Notes under the pieces: model-generated
What the model was told of the DNA's origin: nothing
The model's database searches: none
What the model saw: only the letters and a program-made list of their open reading frames with translations
Position numbers and translations under genes: made by a program
NCBI GenBank assembly: GCA_963810915.1
Contig: CAWEPH010000004.1
Coordinates: 67,788 to 131,787 of the forward strand
Length of the DNA stretch: 64,000 bases
From: an uncultured Actinomycetes bacterium
Lineage (GTDB): Bacteria > Actinomycetota > UBA4738 > HRBIN12
Direction: 5' to 3'
Part shown: positions 54,407 through 63,591 of the stretch, piece by piece
Layout of the letters: each line of letters opens with the position of its first letter
Numbering within the stretch: position 1 is the first letter of the stretch

Positions 54407-55378
54407 TCAGGCCGCGTCGTGCTCCGGCTCCACTGCAGGGTCCGATCCCGTCCCGGTCAGGGTGAGGAACACCTCGTCGAGCGTCGGCTGCCGCAGCGAG
54501 ATGTCGTCGATCTCGATCCGCGCCTCGGAGAGCGAGCGCATCGCCTGCATCAGGCGATCCTCGTCGTCCTCGACCCGGACGCTCACCCGGCGCGTCGCCT
54601 CGTCCACGAGGACGCATCCGCGGTTGATCCGGTCGAGAGCGTCGGCCGCCGACGGCACGTCGTCCCCGTGCCGCACGTGCACCTCGATCACACTGCCGCC
54701 GAGCCGTTGCTTCAGGTCCGCGGGCGCCCCGGCGGCGACGACGCGACCGTGATCGATGATGACGACGTGCCCCGCCAGGTGATCGGCTTCGTCTAGATAC
54801 TGGGTCGTGAGCAGCACGTCGGTGCCCTGGCCGACCAGCGACCTGATCGCGTCCCAGAGCTCGATCCTGCTGCGGGGGTCGAGCCCGGTGGTCGGCTCGT
54901 CCAGCAGCAACAGGCGCGGCGCGCCGACCAGGCTGGCGCCCAGGTCGAGCTTGCGCCGCATGCCCCCGGAGTACGTCCTGGCCAGGTCGTCGGCGACGAC
55001 GCCGAGGTCGAAGCGTTCGAGGACCTCCGCGGCGGCGGCCTTCGCCGTCGGACGATCCTGGCCGAAGAGCCGTCCGACCATCTCGAGGTTCTCTCGCCCG
55101 GTCATCGCCGGCTCGATCGCCGCGAACTGCCCCGCCAAGCCGATCGTGCGTCGCACGGCCTCGGGCGCCCGTTGCACGTCGTGTCCGTTCACCCGGAGCG
55201 ATCCGTTGTCGATGCCGTGCAGCGTCGCGATCGCGCCGACGAGCGTGGTCTTCCCCGCCCCGTTCGGACCGAGCACCGCGACCACCTGGCCTGCGTGCGT
55301 CTCGAGATCGAGCCCGTCCAGCGCCCGCGTCTTCCCGAACCGCTTGACGACTCCCGCCGCCTCGATCGTTGCGGTCAT
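54407..55378 (-). CDS. ABC exporter ATP-binding protein (DrrA-like)
   Basis: Walker A GPNGAGKTT, signature YSGGMRRKLDL, Walker B LLLLDEPTTGLD. Confidence 0.9.
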   Translation of the reverse strand: MTATIEAAGVVKRFGKTRALDGLDLETHAGQVVAVLGPNGAGKTTLVGAIATLHGIDNGSLRVNGHDVQRAPEAVRRTIGLAGQFAAIEPAMTGRENLEMVGRLFGQDRPTAKAAAAEVLERFDLGVVADDLARTYSGGMRRKLDLGASLVGAPRLLLLDEPTTGLDPRSRIELWDAIRSLVGQGTDVLLTTQYLDEADHLAGHVVIIDHGRVVAAGAPADLKQRLGGSVIEVHVRHGDDVPSAADALDRINRGCVLVDEATRRVSVRVEDDEDRLMQAMRSLSEARIEIDDISLRQPTLDEVFLTLTGTGSDPAVEPEHDAA

Positions 55379-55405
55379 CTCATCTCCCTCCTTCTCGCAT
55401 CACTC

Positions 55406-55488
55406 GAACACTGTTCCGTTCTCGAACGCGATTCTGCACCCTCAGGACCCCGGTTGTCAAACGATGTTCGAGTCATGGAACGCCGTTC
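55406..55488. promoter_or_regulatory. cluster of GAAC/GTTC palindromes, candidate TetR operators
   Basis: GAACACTGTTC (55406-55416), CGTTCTCGAACG (55417-55428), GAACGCCGTTC (55478-55488). Located in the divergent gap between the ABC ATPase gene and the TetR gene. Confidence 0.5.
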
Positions 55489-55509
55489 GAATGGTGGTAC
55501 GCTCCACCC

Positions 55510-56271
55510 ATGGATGACGTCCGGGGATACGAGGGTTCGGGCGCGAGGCTCGGGGACGTCCCCGAGCCCGCCTGGCGGACATCGCCTCCGGCGCGCTCCC
55601 GCACGCCGCTGACGAGGGAGGCCATCATCGACGCGGCCCTGCGCGTCCTCGACCGCGACGGCGTCGATGCGCTGTCGATGCGCAGGGTGGGCGAGGAGCT
55701 CGGCACGGGCGCGGCCTCGCTCTACTGGCACGTCCGCAACAAGGGCGAGCTCCTGCAGCTCGTCTTCGAGCACGTGACGGAGGAGGTGGTCCTGCCGCCC
55801 CCTGATCCGGCCCGATGGCAGGAACAGCTCCGGGACCTCGCGTATGACATGCGGGCGACCCTGCAGCGGCACCGCGACGTCGCGAGGATCTCGCTCGGCC
55901 GGATCCCGGCCGGGCCGTCGATCGCGCGGCAGACCGAGTGGCTCTTCGAGCTCCTGCGACCGGTCGGGATCCCGGACCGCGTCATCGCGTACTTCGGCGA
56001 TCTCGCTGGTCTCTACGTCGGGGGGTACGCGTTCGAGGAGAGCCTCGGCCTCGCCTCTCCGACCGGCGAGGACCTCCCCCCCGACCAGATCGTCGAGATG
56101 TTCCGCGACTACATCGCGTCGCTGCCCGAGGATCGGTTCCCGCAGACGAGGGCATCCATCGACCTGCTCTTCGGCGGCGACGCCGACGAACGCTTCGCGT
56201 TCGGCGTCGAGGTCATCATCCGGGGCATCGAGACGTACGCCTCGTCGACCGAGACGAGCTCGGGGGCCTGA
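55510..56271 (+). CDS. TetR-family transcriptional regulator
   Basis: ATG at 55510. LTREAIIDAALRVLDRDGVDALSMRRVGEELGTGAASLYWHVRNKGELL. Confidence 0.85.
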   Translation: MDDVRGYEGSGARLGDVPEPAWRTSPPARSRTPLTREAIIDAALRVLDRDGVDALSMRRVGEELGTGAASLYWHVRNKGELLQLVFEHVTEEVVLPPPDPARWQEQLRDLAYDMRATLQRHRDVARISLGRIPAGPSIARQTEWLFELLRPVGIPDRVIAYFGDLAGLYVGGYAFEESLGLASPTGEDLPPDQIVEMFRDYIASLPEDRFPQTRASIDLLFGGDADERFAFGVEVIIRGIETYASSTETSSGA

Positions 56272-56383
56272 GAACCGCACCCGTCGGTCTGGTGGCCCCC
56301 TCGATGGGGCACGAACGTCCTTGCCCGCGCGGGCCTCCACGCGGCAGACTCGAAGGAGACGGATCGGATCGCGGGAGGTCGTC

Positions 56384-56656
56384 ATGGATATGACGGACGA
56401 GGAACTCCGGGAGCTGGCGGTCAAGCGGCTGAAGGAGAAGCGGGAGTTCTGGCAGCACCTCGTGGCGTACGTGGTCGTGAACGCGGCCCTGATCGGCATC
56501 TGGGCGCTCGGCGGCGGCGGCTACTTCTGGCCGGGCTGGGTGCTGTTCGGGTGGGGCATCGGGATCGTGTTCCACGCGTGGAACACGTTCTTCACGCGCC
56601 CGATCACCGAGACAGACATCGAGCGCGAGACGCGGCGGCTGCGCAACGAGCATTGA
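56384..56656 (+). CDS. small 2TM-domain membrane protein
   Basis: ATG at 56384. KRLKEKREFWQHLVAYVVVNAALIGIWAL...WPGWVLFGWGIGIVFHAW matches the 2TM family pattern. Confidence 0.65.
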   Translation: MDMTDEELRELAVKRLKEKREFWQHLVAYVVVNAALIGIWALGGGGYFWPGWVLFGWGIGIVFHAWNTFFTRPITETDIERETRRLRNEH

Positions 56657-56681
56657 GCGCCCGCGCTGCTAGCGTCTGACG

Positions 56682-57335
56682 ATGACTCCACCAGAGGAAC
56701 CGGCGGACTGCTGTTTCGACGAGTGGGCGACGCATGCGGCGCGCCGCGCGCGCACCCGTGAGACCTCCGCGAAGATCACGGCCGCGCTGGTCGGAGCGCT
56801 CGAGGAGGCAGGGATCCGCGGTCGAACCGTCCTCGACGTGGGATGCGGGAGCGGTGACCTGGCTCTCGCGGCGGTCGCGCGCGGCGCCGAGGGAGCGACG
56901 GGGTTCGACCTCGGTCCCGGCGCGATCCGGGAGGCCCGGACCCTCGCGGTCCACCGCGGTCTCGCCGATCGCACGCGGTTCGAGATCGGCGATGGCGCGA
57001 CGATCGTGCTGCCTCGCGCAGACGTCGTGAGCCTGAACCGCGTGCTCTGCTGCTACCCACACGTCGACGCGCTCCTGACGAACACCTTGGGCGCCGCCGG
57101 CTCGGTCTACGGTTACACGGCGCCCTACGATCGCGGAGCGATCGGCCTCGGGAACCGGATCTGGGTGTCGTTCGGCAACGTCTGGTACCGGCTCCGCGCG
57201 AAGAAGTTCCGCGGGTTCCGGGCCTTCGTCCACGACCTGCGCGCCGTCGATCGGCGCATCCGCGCAGCAGGGTTCGAGCCGGTGCGCTGCGAGCGTCGCG
57301 GCCTGTGGAACCTGGCCGTCTACGCCCGGCAGTGA
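56682..57335 (+). CDS. class I SAM-dependent methyltransferase
   Basis: VLDVGCGSGDLALAAVARGA (motif I), DVVSLNRVLCCYP. Confidence 0.7.
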   Translation: MTPPEEPADCCFDEWATHAARRARTRETSAKITAALVGALEEAGIRGRTVLDVGCGSGDLALAAVARGAEGATGFDLGPGAIREARTLAVHRGLADRTRFEIGDGATIVLPRADVVSLNRVLCCYPHVDALLTNTLGAAGSVYGYTAPYDRGAIGLGNRIWVSFGNVWYRLRAKKFRGFRAFVHDLRAVDRRIRAAGFEPVRCERRGLWNLAVYARQ

Positions 57336-57399
57336 CCACGCGCGAAGCGGCGCGATGGGCGAGACTCGGCTGAGAGAGCGGCCAGCGAAGGAGGCAGTG

Positions 57400-57705
57400 A
57401 TGCCCATCTACCAGACCGCGCACTACCAGGTGAACGAAGCCGCGGTGGCCGAAGTGAAGGCGGCGATCGTCGAGTTCGTGGACCACGTCCGAGCGAGCGA
57501 GCCCGGCACCAGGCTCTACGCCGCGTGGCAGCAACGGGACGACCCGACCCGGTTCGTGCACCTCTTCATCTTCGAGGACGAGGCCGCGCAGGATGCGCAC
57601 AGCGTCTCGAGCGCTGTGAACCGGTTCGAGTCGATCTACGGTCCGCACCTGCAAGGCGGTCCGGTCGTCTTCACGGACTACGTGCTGGTGGCGGACAACA
57701 TCTAG
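57400..57705 (+). CDS. ABM (antibiotic biosynthesis monooxygenase-like) domain protein
   Basis: SD GAAGGAGG then ATG at 57400. Ferredoxin-like dimeric alpha+beta pattern ...RFVHLFIFEDEAAQDAH. Confidence 0.65.
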   Translation: MPIYQTAHYQVNEAAVAEVKAAIVEFVDHVRASEPGTRLYAAWQQRDDPTRFVHLFIFEDEAAQDAHSVSSAVNRFESIYGPHLQGGPVVFTDYVLVADNI

Positions 57706-57748
57706 CGTCCATCGAACTTGGGGATCGTGGCCACAGTACGCTGCACGG

Positions 57749-58969
57749 ATGACCTGGTACGCGCGCGAAGACGCCGCTGAGCGAGCCGGGGTCGAGCCCA
57801 ACTACCTCGTTCGACTGGTGGATCTCGGCATCCTCGCCCCCGAGGAGCCGGATCGGTTCTCCCAGGGCGACGTGCGCCGCGTGCTGATGGCCAAGTCGCT
57901 CGAGGATGCCGGGATCCCGCTCGACGGTGTGGCCGCCGCCATCCAGCGCGGTGCCTTGTCGCTCGACTTCCTCGACGCGGCCAGCTACGAGAGGTTCGCC
58001 GCCCTCGCCCCCGAGACGTTCCGCCAGGTCAGCGACCGGACCGGGATCCCGCTCGAGCTGCTGATGGTCATCCGCGAGGCGATCGGCATGGCGCAACCTT
58101 CGCCCGATGACCGGCTCCGCGAGGACGAGATGGCGATCGTGCCGTTCATCGAGCTCCAGGTCGCCGAGGGATTCCGTCCGGTGGCCATCGAGCGTCTGCT
58201 CCGCGTCGAAGGGGACAGCACCCGGCGGATCACCGAACAGGAGGCCGCATGGTGGATCTCCGAGGTGATCGAGCCATCCGTCGCGGCGGGCAGGGGCGCG
58301 GAGGAGATCGGGAACGCCGACCTCACCGATCGGATCGCCCCGCTCGCAGAGCGAAGCCTGCTCGCCATGTACCACGCCCAGCAGGCGCGCGCCTGGACCG
58401 CCAACATCATCGAAGGGTTCGAGATGCTGATGGAGAAGGCAGGGATCCACAGCCGCCTCGAGCGACTCCCGGCGATCTGCTTCCTCGACATCACCGGCTA
58501 CACGCGGCTCACGCAGGAGCGCGGCGACGATGCGGCCGCCGACCTCGCCACGACGGTCGCGCGCCTGGTGCAACGCAGCTCCGTGCAACACGGCGGCAAG
58601 CCCATCAAGTGGCTGGGCGACGGCGTGATGTTCTACTTCGACGAGCCCGGTCCGGGCGTGCGTGCCGCCCTCGACATGGTGGACGGGCTGGCAGCCGCCG
58701 GCTTGCCGCCGGCCCACGTCGGCGTGCATGCGGGGCCGGTCCTCTATCAGGAGGGCGACTACTTCGGCCAGACCGTGAACCTGTCCGCGCGCATCGCCGA
58801 CTATGCGCGGCCAGGGCGAGGTGCTCGTCAGCCAGGCGGTGGCCGACGCCTCGCACGAAGAGGAGATCGCGTTCGGCGACATCGGTCCGGTGGAGCTCAA
58901 GGGCGTGTCCGGGACGGTGCACCTGCTCCGGGCGCACCTCCGCGGTCCCTCGTCATGACCAGGGGGTAG
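57749..58969 (+). pseudogene. Rv1264-like adenylate cyclase, C-terminus displaced by a 1-bp insertion near 58814-58816
   Basis: AICFLDITGYTRLTQ, IKWLGDGVMFYF, GQTVNLSARIADYARPG, then the frame is lost. The shifted frame reads EVLVSQAVADASHEEEIAFGDIGPVELKGVSGTVHLLRA and stops at 58958, matching the paralogue 32872-34092. Confidence 0.75.
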
Positions 58970-58999
58970 GCTCATCGGTCTCATGACGAGGAGGGACGG

Positions 59000-59392
59000 A
59001 TGAGCGAGACGATCGCACGGCAGCGGTTCCACGAGATCGACTGGCGCGTCGTGAGGGACGATGCGTGCGCGCACTTCCGCACCGGGTCGTTCGCGACAGG
59101 TGTCGCACTGGTGGAGGCGATCGGCACGCTGGCGGAGACCGCGGGTCACCACCCCGACGTCGATCTTCGGTCCGACGCGGTGACGGTTCGCCTGAGAGCC
59201 GACGGCGGCGCCGGGCTGAGCGAGCGCGAGGTCGTCTTGGCGCAGCAGATCTCGGCGGCGGCGCACGCGTTGGGTGTTCTCCGTCGACCCGACGGCCCTA
59301 CAGATCGTCCAGGTCGCGATCGACGCGCTGGTGATCCCCGATGTGCTGCCGTTCTGGCGCGCCGTCCTCGGCTACCGGGAGGTCGGCGATGA
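59000..59392 (+). CDS. pterin-4a-carbinolamine dehydratase (PCD/DCoH)-like domain protein
   Basis: ...TLAETAGHHPDVDLRSDAVTVRL... contains the HHPD motif. The domain is complete by about 59275; the remaining 39 codons look like out-of-frame text. Confidence 0.6.
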   Translation: MSETIARQRFHEIDWRVVRDDACAHFRTGSFATGVALVEAIGTLAETAGHHPDVDLRSDAVTVRLRADGGAGLSEREVVLAQQISAAAHALGVLRRPDGPTDRPGRDRRAGDPRCAAVLARRPRLPGGRR

Positions 59393-59639
59393 GGACCTGA
59401 TCGATCCCCTCTTCCAAGGGCCGCCGCTCTGGTTCCAGCAGATGGACGCGCCGCGCCCGCAGCGCAACCGGATCCATATCGATGTCTACGTGCCTCACGA
59501 CCAGGCCGAGGAGCGCGTCGCGGCGGCGCTCGCCGCCGGCGGTCACGTGGTCAGTGACGAGAACGCGCCGGGGTGGTGGACGCTCGCCGACGCCGAGGGG
59601 AACGAGGTCGACGTCGCCAGCTGGCCGGACCGCGACTGA
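59274..59639 (+). CDS. VOC/glyoxalase-like domain protein (possibly the C-terminal half of a PCD-VOC fusion)
   Basis: GTG at 59274. LQIVQVAIDALVIPDVLPFWRAVLGY...RIHIDVYVP...GWWTLADAEGNEVDV. Overlaps the PCD ORF by 119 nt in another frame. Confidence 0.6.
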   Translation: MFSVDPTALQIVQVAIDALVIPDVLPFWRAVLGYREVGDEDLIDPLFQGPPLWFQQMDAPRPQRNRIHIDVYVPHDQAEERVAAALAAGGHVVSDENAPGWWTLADAEGNEVDVASWPDRD

Positions 59640-59644
59640 CGCGA

Positions 59645-60347
59645 TCATCGATCGGGCGAACGCCCCGGATCGCTTCTCGCCCTCACCAAGAGGTGGTGAT
59701 AGCCGTATCCGTCGAGCCATTCGTCGGCGTCGTCGATCACCTCGAACCCAGCCTCGGTGAGCCAGCCCTGGATCCGCTCTCGATCCGCGTAGAAGTGGTA
59801 GCCGGCCGTGTCGCCCTCCACCACCTCGCCGTAGACGGCGGGCAGGCCGGCCGCCGTCCGCCGCCTCGAACGCCGCGTCGATCTCGCTGCGTTCGATCTC
59901 CTCGACGGTCAGATACACATGCCCGCCCGGACGGAGGGCGCGTGCGAGGTTGCCGAGGACGCGAGGCCAGTCCTCCGGGGGGACGTTCTCCATGGCATCG
60001 ACGCACATCGCCGCGTCGAACTCCGCGTCGAACGCGAGCTCTTGGAGGCCGATCCGTGCGAAGCGCACGCCTGGGTGCTTCGATCGCGCCTGCGCGAGCA
60101 TGCCGGCCGACTGGTCGATCCCCACGACCTCGCGACCCGCGGCCAGGACCATGCCGACGTAGGTGCCCGTGCCGCAGGGTGCGTCGAGCACCACGCCCGC
60201 GGGCGGGCACGTGTCGATCAACCGAGCGACGAACCGGCGATGCTCGGGGGTTGCCGGGTCGTACCCCTCGTCGTACGTCGGAGCCTCTTGCGTGTAGTCC
60301 GCCTCCACGGCCGCCCGCCGCTCGGCGAGCCACGCCTCTCGGTTCAT
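59645..60347 (-). pseudogene. class I SAM-dependent methyltransferase with one frame change near 59845-59860
   Basis: VLDAPCGTGTYVGMVLAAG, ALRPGGHVYLTVEE in frame 1. The shifted frame continues GLPAVYGEVVEGDTAGYHFYADRERIQGWLTEAGFEVIDD...YHHLLVRA and stops at 59645. Length is 3n+1. Confidence 0.75.
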
Positions 60348-60477
60348 GGGCTCACCCTAGCGACGTCGCATGCCCTGTCCACCGGGACTCGTCGATGTCG
60401 AGAACCTCGAGGACGAGACCTCGTCGCTCGTTCGTGACCGGCCGAGACGTCGGCCGCACCTCGACCGTTAGGACGGG

Positions 60478-63400
60478 CTACTCCTCGCGCAGGATCTCGG
60501 TCGGCCTGAGACGTCGGAGGACCCGCGTGGCGGCGACACCCGAGACGAGGGCGGCCGCCAGCACCGACGCGGCGAGCAGCGCGATCCGCCCTACGGGTGA
60601 GGTCACGGGCGGGTCCAGGATGAACAATCCGCGCAGGACGCGAACGAACAGCGACGCGATCGCGACTCCCACGAGGATGCCTGATGCCAGCCCGCAGAGC
60701 GCCACCAGCGCAGCTTCGCCCAGCACCAGCGCGCGCAGATCGCGCACGGGAAGGCCCATCGCGCGCAGGGTCACGTACTCGCGGCGCCGCTGCAGCATCA
60801 AGCCGAAGACGAAGATCGCGATGGCCGCCACGCTCATCAGCAACACGAAGAACGTGTCGAGGCGCACGAGACCTGCGATGTTCAGCGCCGTCAGGCTCGA
60901 CTGATCCTTGTCGAGCGCCGTGGCGGTGGAATCGATGTGGATCGGGCTGCTCGCGCCAGGGCCGGCTCGGAGCGCTGACGCCGCCTCCGCCAGGCCGGCC
61001 CGATCGCTGTCGTCGGCACGAGCGAGGAAGAAGTCGATGGCCCGGACCCCCGTCGTCGCCTCGTAGGTGCCGAGGTCGACGACGAGGTTCGCGCCCTGGG
61101 GGAACCCCGCGAGGCGCTCGAACACGCCCAGCACATGGAAGCGTCGCTTCGTCTCCCGTACGGTCCCGCGTGCAAGGATCACCTCGACCACGTCGCCCGG
61201 TTCGACCGAGAGGTCGTCCGCCGTCTCCGTGTCGACCAGGATCCCGGCCGGGTCCGATCTGAGCGCCGCGAGCGCGGCGGCGCCCGTGCGTTCGGCGAAG
61301 AACGCGTCCGGCAGCGGGGCGACGTGCGAGTAGCCGGAGGGATCGATCGCCGCGAGGTTCGCCCTCCCTTGGTCGTAGGGCCCGATGAGCACCGCGTTCT
61401 CGAGGTCGAAGACCACCGGCGTCACAGCCGCCACGCCGGCTACCGCGAACCTCGAGGCGTCGCCGGCCCGGGCTATGCCGGCACTCCGGACGCTGGGGGT
61501 GATGCGCAGATCCGACCCGACGAAGAACCGGGCGTCGGCCGCCTTCGCCGCGTCGTAGGACGCGCTGAACGTCAGCACGGCCGCCCCGAACGCGACTACG
61601 AGACCGAGTCCGGCGATCCCCGTAGCGAGGGCCCAGGGGCGGCGCCGGACACTGCGGCGCAGGACTCCGGGGACGACGGGACCGAACGCCGTCCCGGACT
61701 GCGGGAGGGATCCTGAGGCCGCCGCGAGCACGACCCTCACGCAGAAGAGCACGCCGCCCACCCAGAGCATCAAGGGGGCGACGAAGAGTCGGGAAGGGAT
61801 CGAGACCGCGATGCCCGAGTACACGGAGCCGGCGGGTGGGTCGAAGGCGCCGGTGCGCAGGGCCACGACCCACGCCACCCCTGCCAACCCGAGCATCACG
61901 ATGTCGAGGTGGAAGCGCCGCCAAGCGGGAGCCCTCGATACGTGCAGCTGCCGGCGCTCCTGCCCGACCTCTCGGCCCAGGGAGCGTCGGGCGGGGAGGT
62001 AGAGGGCGAGCGCGGTGATCACGGCACCCACCGTCACCGCGATGATCCCGGAGAGCGCGAGATCGCGCAGAGCGGCCTCGGAGACGGCCCTCCACCCGAG
62101 GATCACGACCACCGAGACGAAGCCGAGGACGATCCCGAAGATGGCGCCCGCGGCGGCGAGCGCCATCGCCTTGTAGAGCGCGATCCTGCGCAGGTGTCCC
62201 CGATGGGCGCCGCGGACGCGGAGGTTCGCCCGTTCGCGGCGCTCGGACGTCGCGAGGATGCCGACCGCGTACGCGGCCAGCAGGATCGCCATGAGCAGAC
62301 CGGGGATCCCGAGGAATAGGAACATCCGCTCGCTCGCGGCCGCATCGTCCTTCGCGACGGCGAGCGCGTTGGAGATGTCGTCGATGAGGTAGCCCTGGCC
62401 CGACCCGAGCCGATCGATCTCTCCGGCGATGCCGTTCGTCTGCGCGAGGGCCGTGGCCGGATCCGTCTCTAGCCGGGACCGATCGACGAGCACGTCCAGC
62501 TCCTGCACCGGGAAGCTCTTCATCACGTGGCCCAGCGAAGACCGGGCGCGGTCGAACGCCGGGACGATCACGTCTCGGAACGTCGCGGGGGTGACGACCA
62601 CCGTGTCGGGCACGTAGAGGAACTCTTCGAGCTTGGTCGACTTCCGGCTGGAGAACAGGGGGTCTGCGCGCGCGAGATCGACCACGCCACTCACCGGCAA
62701 GGAGAGCGGGTCGCCTCGCCCGGGGAGACGGAGTTCGACCGTGGAGCCGGGCGCCGCGGTCAGGGCGCGTCCCGCTTCGACGCTCACCAGGGCCGACCCG
62801 GGGCGGAACCCGCCCGCGACGATACGGATCGAGGGGTAGTGAGCCCGATACCGATCCTCGAAGGCGAGGATCCGCACGGGGCGGGGGACCGCGGCATCGC
62901 CCGATGCGAGTGAGCCCGGCGGGAGATCCACGAAGCCGAGGGTGTCTGCCGCAGCGACGCCGCGGATCGATGACACCCGGTCGCGGAGCTCCGCCAGCGT
63001 GAGGACCGGCGCCGCGTTGGCCTCGATCGGCACCAGCTCCTCGCGGCTGGAGACCGAGGCGCCGGGCTGCAGAGTTGCCGGATCGTCGACCGCTTGCTCG
63101 GCCCTCGCGATGTAGGAGATGGTCACCGGAGCGCCAGGCCGAACCCGCCCGATGTTCAGGCCGAGCCCCGCGGGGCCGTGCGACAGGGGGCTCTCGCCGT
63201 CGACGTCGGGGATGGGCCGGCCGTCGATCGCTGTGGACCCGCTCTCGTAGGAGAGCGGCGGCGGGGGCACGTCGTTCACCACCACTTCGTTCGCTGGCGC
63301 GCCGCCGCCCTGGGTCACGACGAGCCTGACCGTGACCTCCTGCCGGGGAGCGAGCCCCGCCCGCGGCGACACGGTCTCGTTCAGGCGAAGGCCCCCGCCC

Positions 63401-63591
63401 GGCGGCGTAGTGAGCACCCACTGGAGGTCGAGGGGGAGCGGCGCGAGCGCCCGCGCGGTCAACGTCGCGCCGGAGGCGTCCATGAAGAAGAGGACGCCGG
63501 AGAAGAGGCCGATGCCAAGCGCCACCCCGGCGAGCGAGGCGAAGCTGCGCCGAGGGTTCCCCGTCAGGTCCCGCCAGGCGTACCTAAGCAC
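60478..63591 (-). CDS. large FtsX-family ABC transporter permease (two FtsX modules, large extracytoplasmic domains)
   Basis: MLRYAWRDLTGNPRRSFASLAGVALGIGLF is the typical FtsX/MacB N-terminus. A second module is present, with the C-terminal four-helix bundle ...LRAMGLPVRDLRALVLGEAALVALCGLASGILVG. Confidence 0.8.
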   Translation of the reverse strand: MLRYAWRDLTGNPRRSFASLAGVALGIGLFSGVLFFMDASGATLTARALAPLPLDLQWVLTTPPGGGLRLNETVSPRAGLAPRQEVTVRLVVTQGGGAPANEVVVNDVPPPPLSYESGSTAIDGRPIPDVDGESPLSHGPAGLGLNIGRVRPGAPVTISYIARAEQAVDDPATLQPGASVSSREELVPIEANAAPVLTLAELRDRVSSIRGVAAADTLGFVDLPPGSLASGDAAVPRPVRILAFEDRYRAHYPSIRIVAGGFRPGSALVSVEAGRALTAAPGSTVELRLPGRGDPLSLPVSGVVDLARADPLFSSRKSTKLEEFLYVPDTVVVTPATFRDVIVPAFDRARSSLGHVMKSFPVQELDVLVDRSRLETDPATALAQTNGIAGEIDRLGSGQGYLIDDISNALAVAKDDAAASERMFLFLGIPGLLMAILLAAYAVGILATSERRERANLRVRGAHRGHLRRIALYKAMALAAAGAIFGIVLGFVSVVVILGWRAVSEAALRDLALSGIIAVTVGAVITALALYLPARRSLGREVGQERRQLHVSRAPAWRRFHLDIVMLGLAGVAWVVALRTGAFDPPAGSVYSGIAVSIPSRLFVAPLMLWVGGVLFCVRVVLAAASGSLPQSGTAFGPVVPGVLRRSVRRRPWALATGIAGLGLVVAFGAAVLTFSASYDAAKAADARFFVGSDLRITPSVRSAGIARAGDASRFAVAGVAAVTPVVFDLENAVLIGPYDQGRANLAAIDPSGYSHVAPLPDAFFAERTGAAALAALRSDPAGILVDTETADDLSVEPGDVVEVILARGTVRETKRRFHVLGVFERLAGFPQGANLVVDLGTYEATTGVRAIDFFLARADDSDRAGLAEAASALRAGPGASSPIHIDSTATALDKDQSSLTALNIAGLVRLDTFFVLLMSVAAIAIFVFGLMLQRRREYVTLRAMGLPVRDLRALVLGEAALVALCGLASGILVGVAIASLFVRVLRGLFILDPPVTSPVGRIALLAASVLAAALVSGVAATRVLRRLRPTEILREE

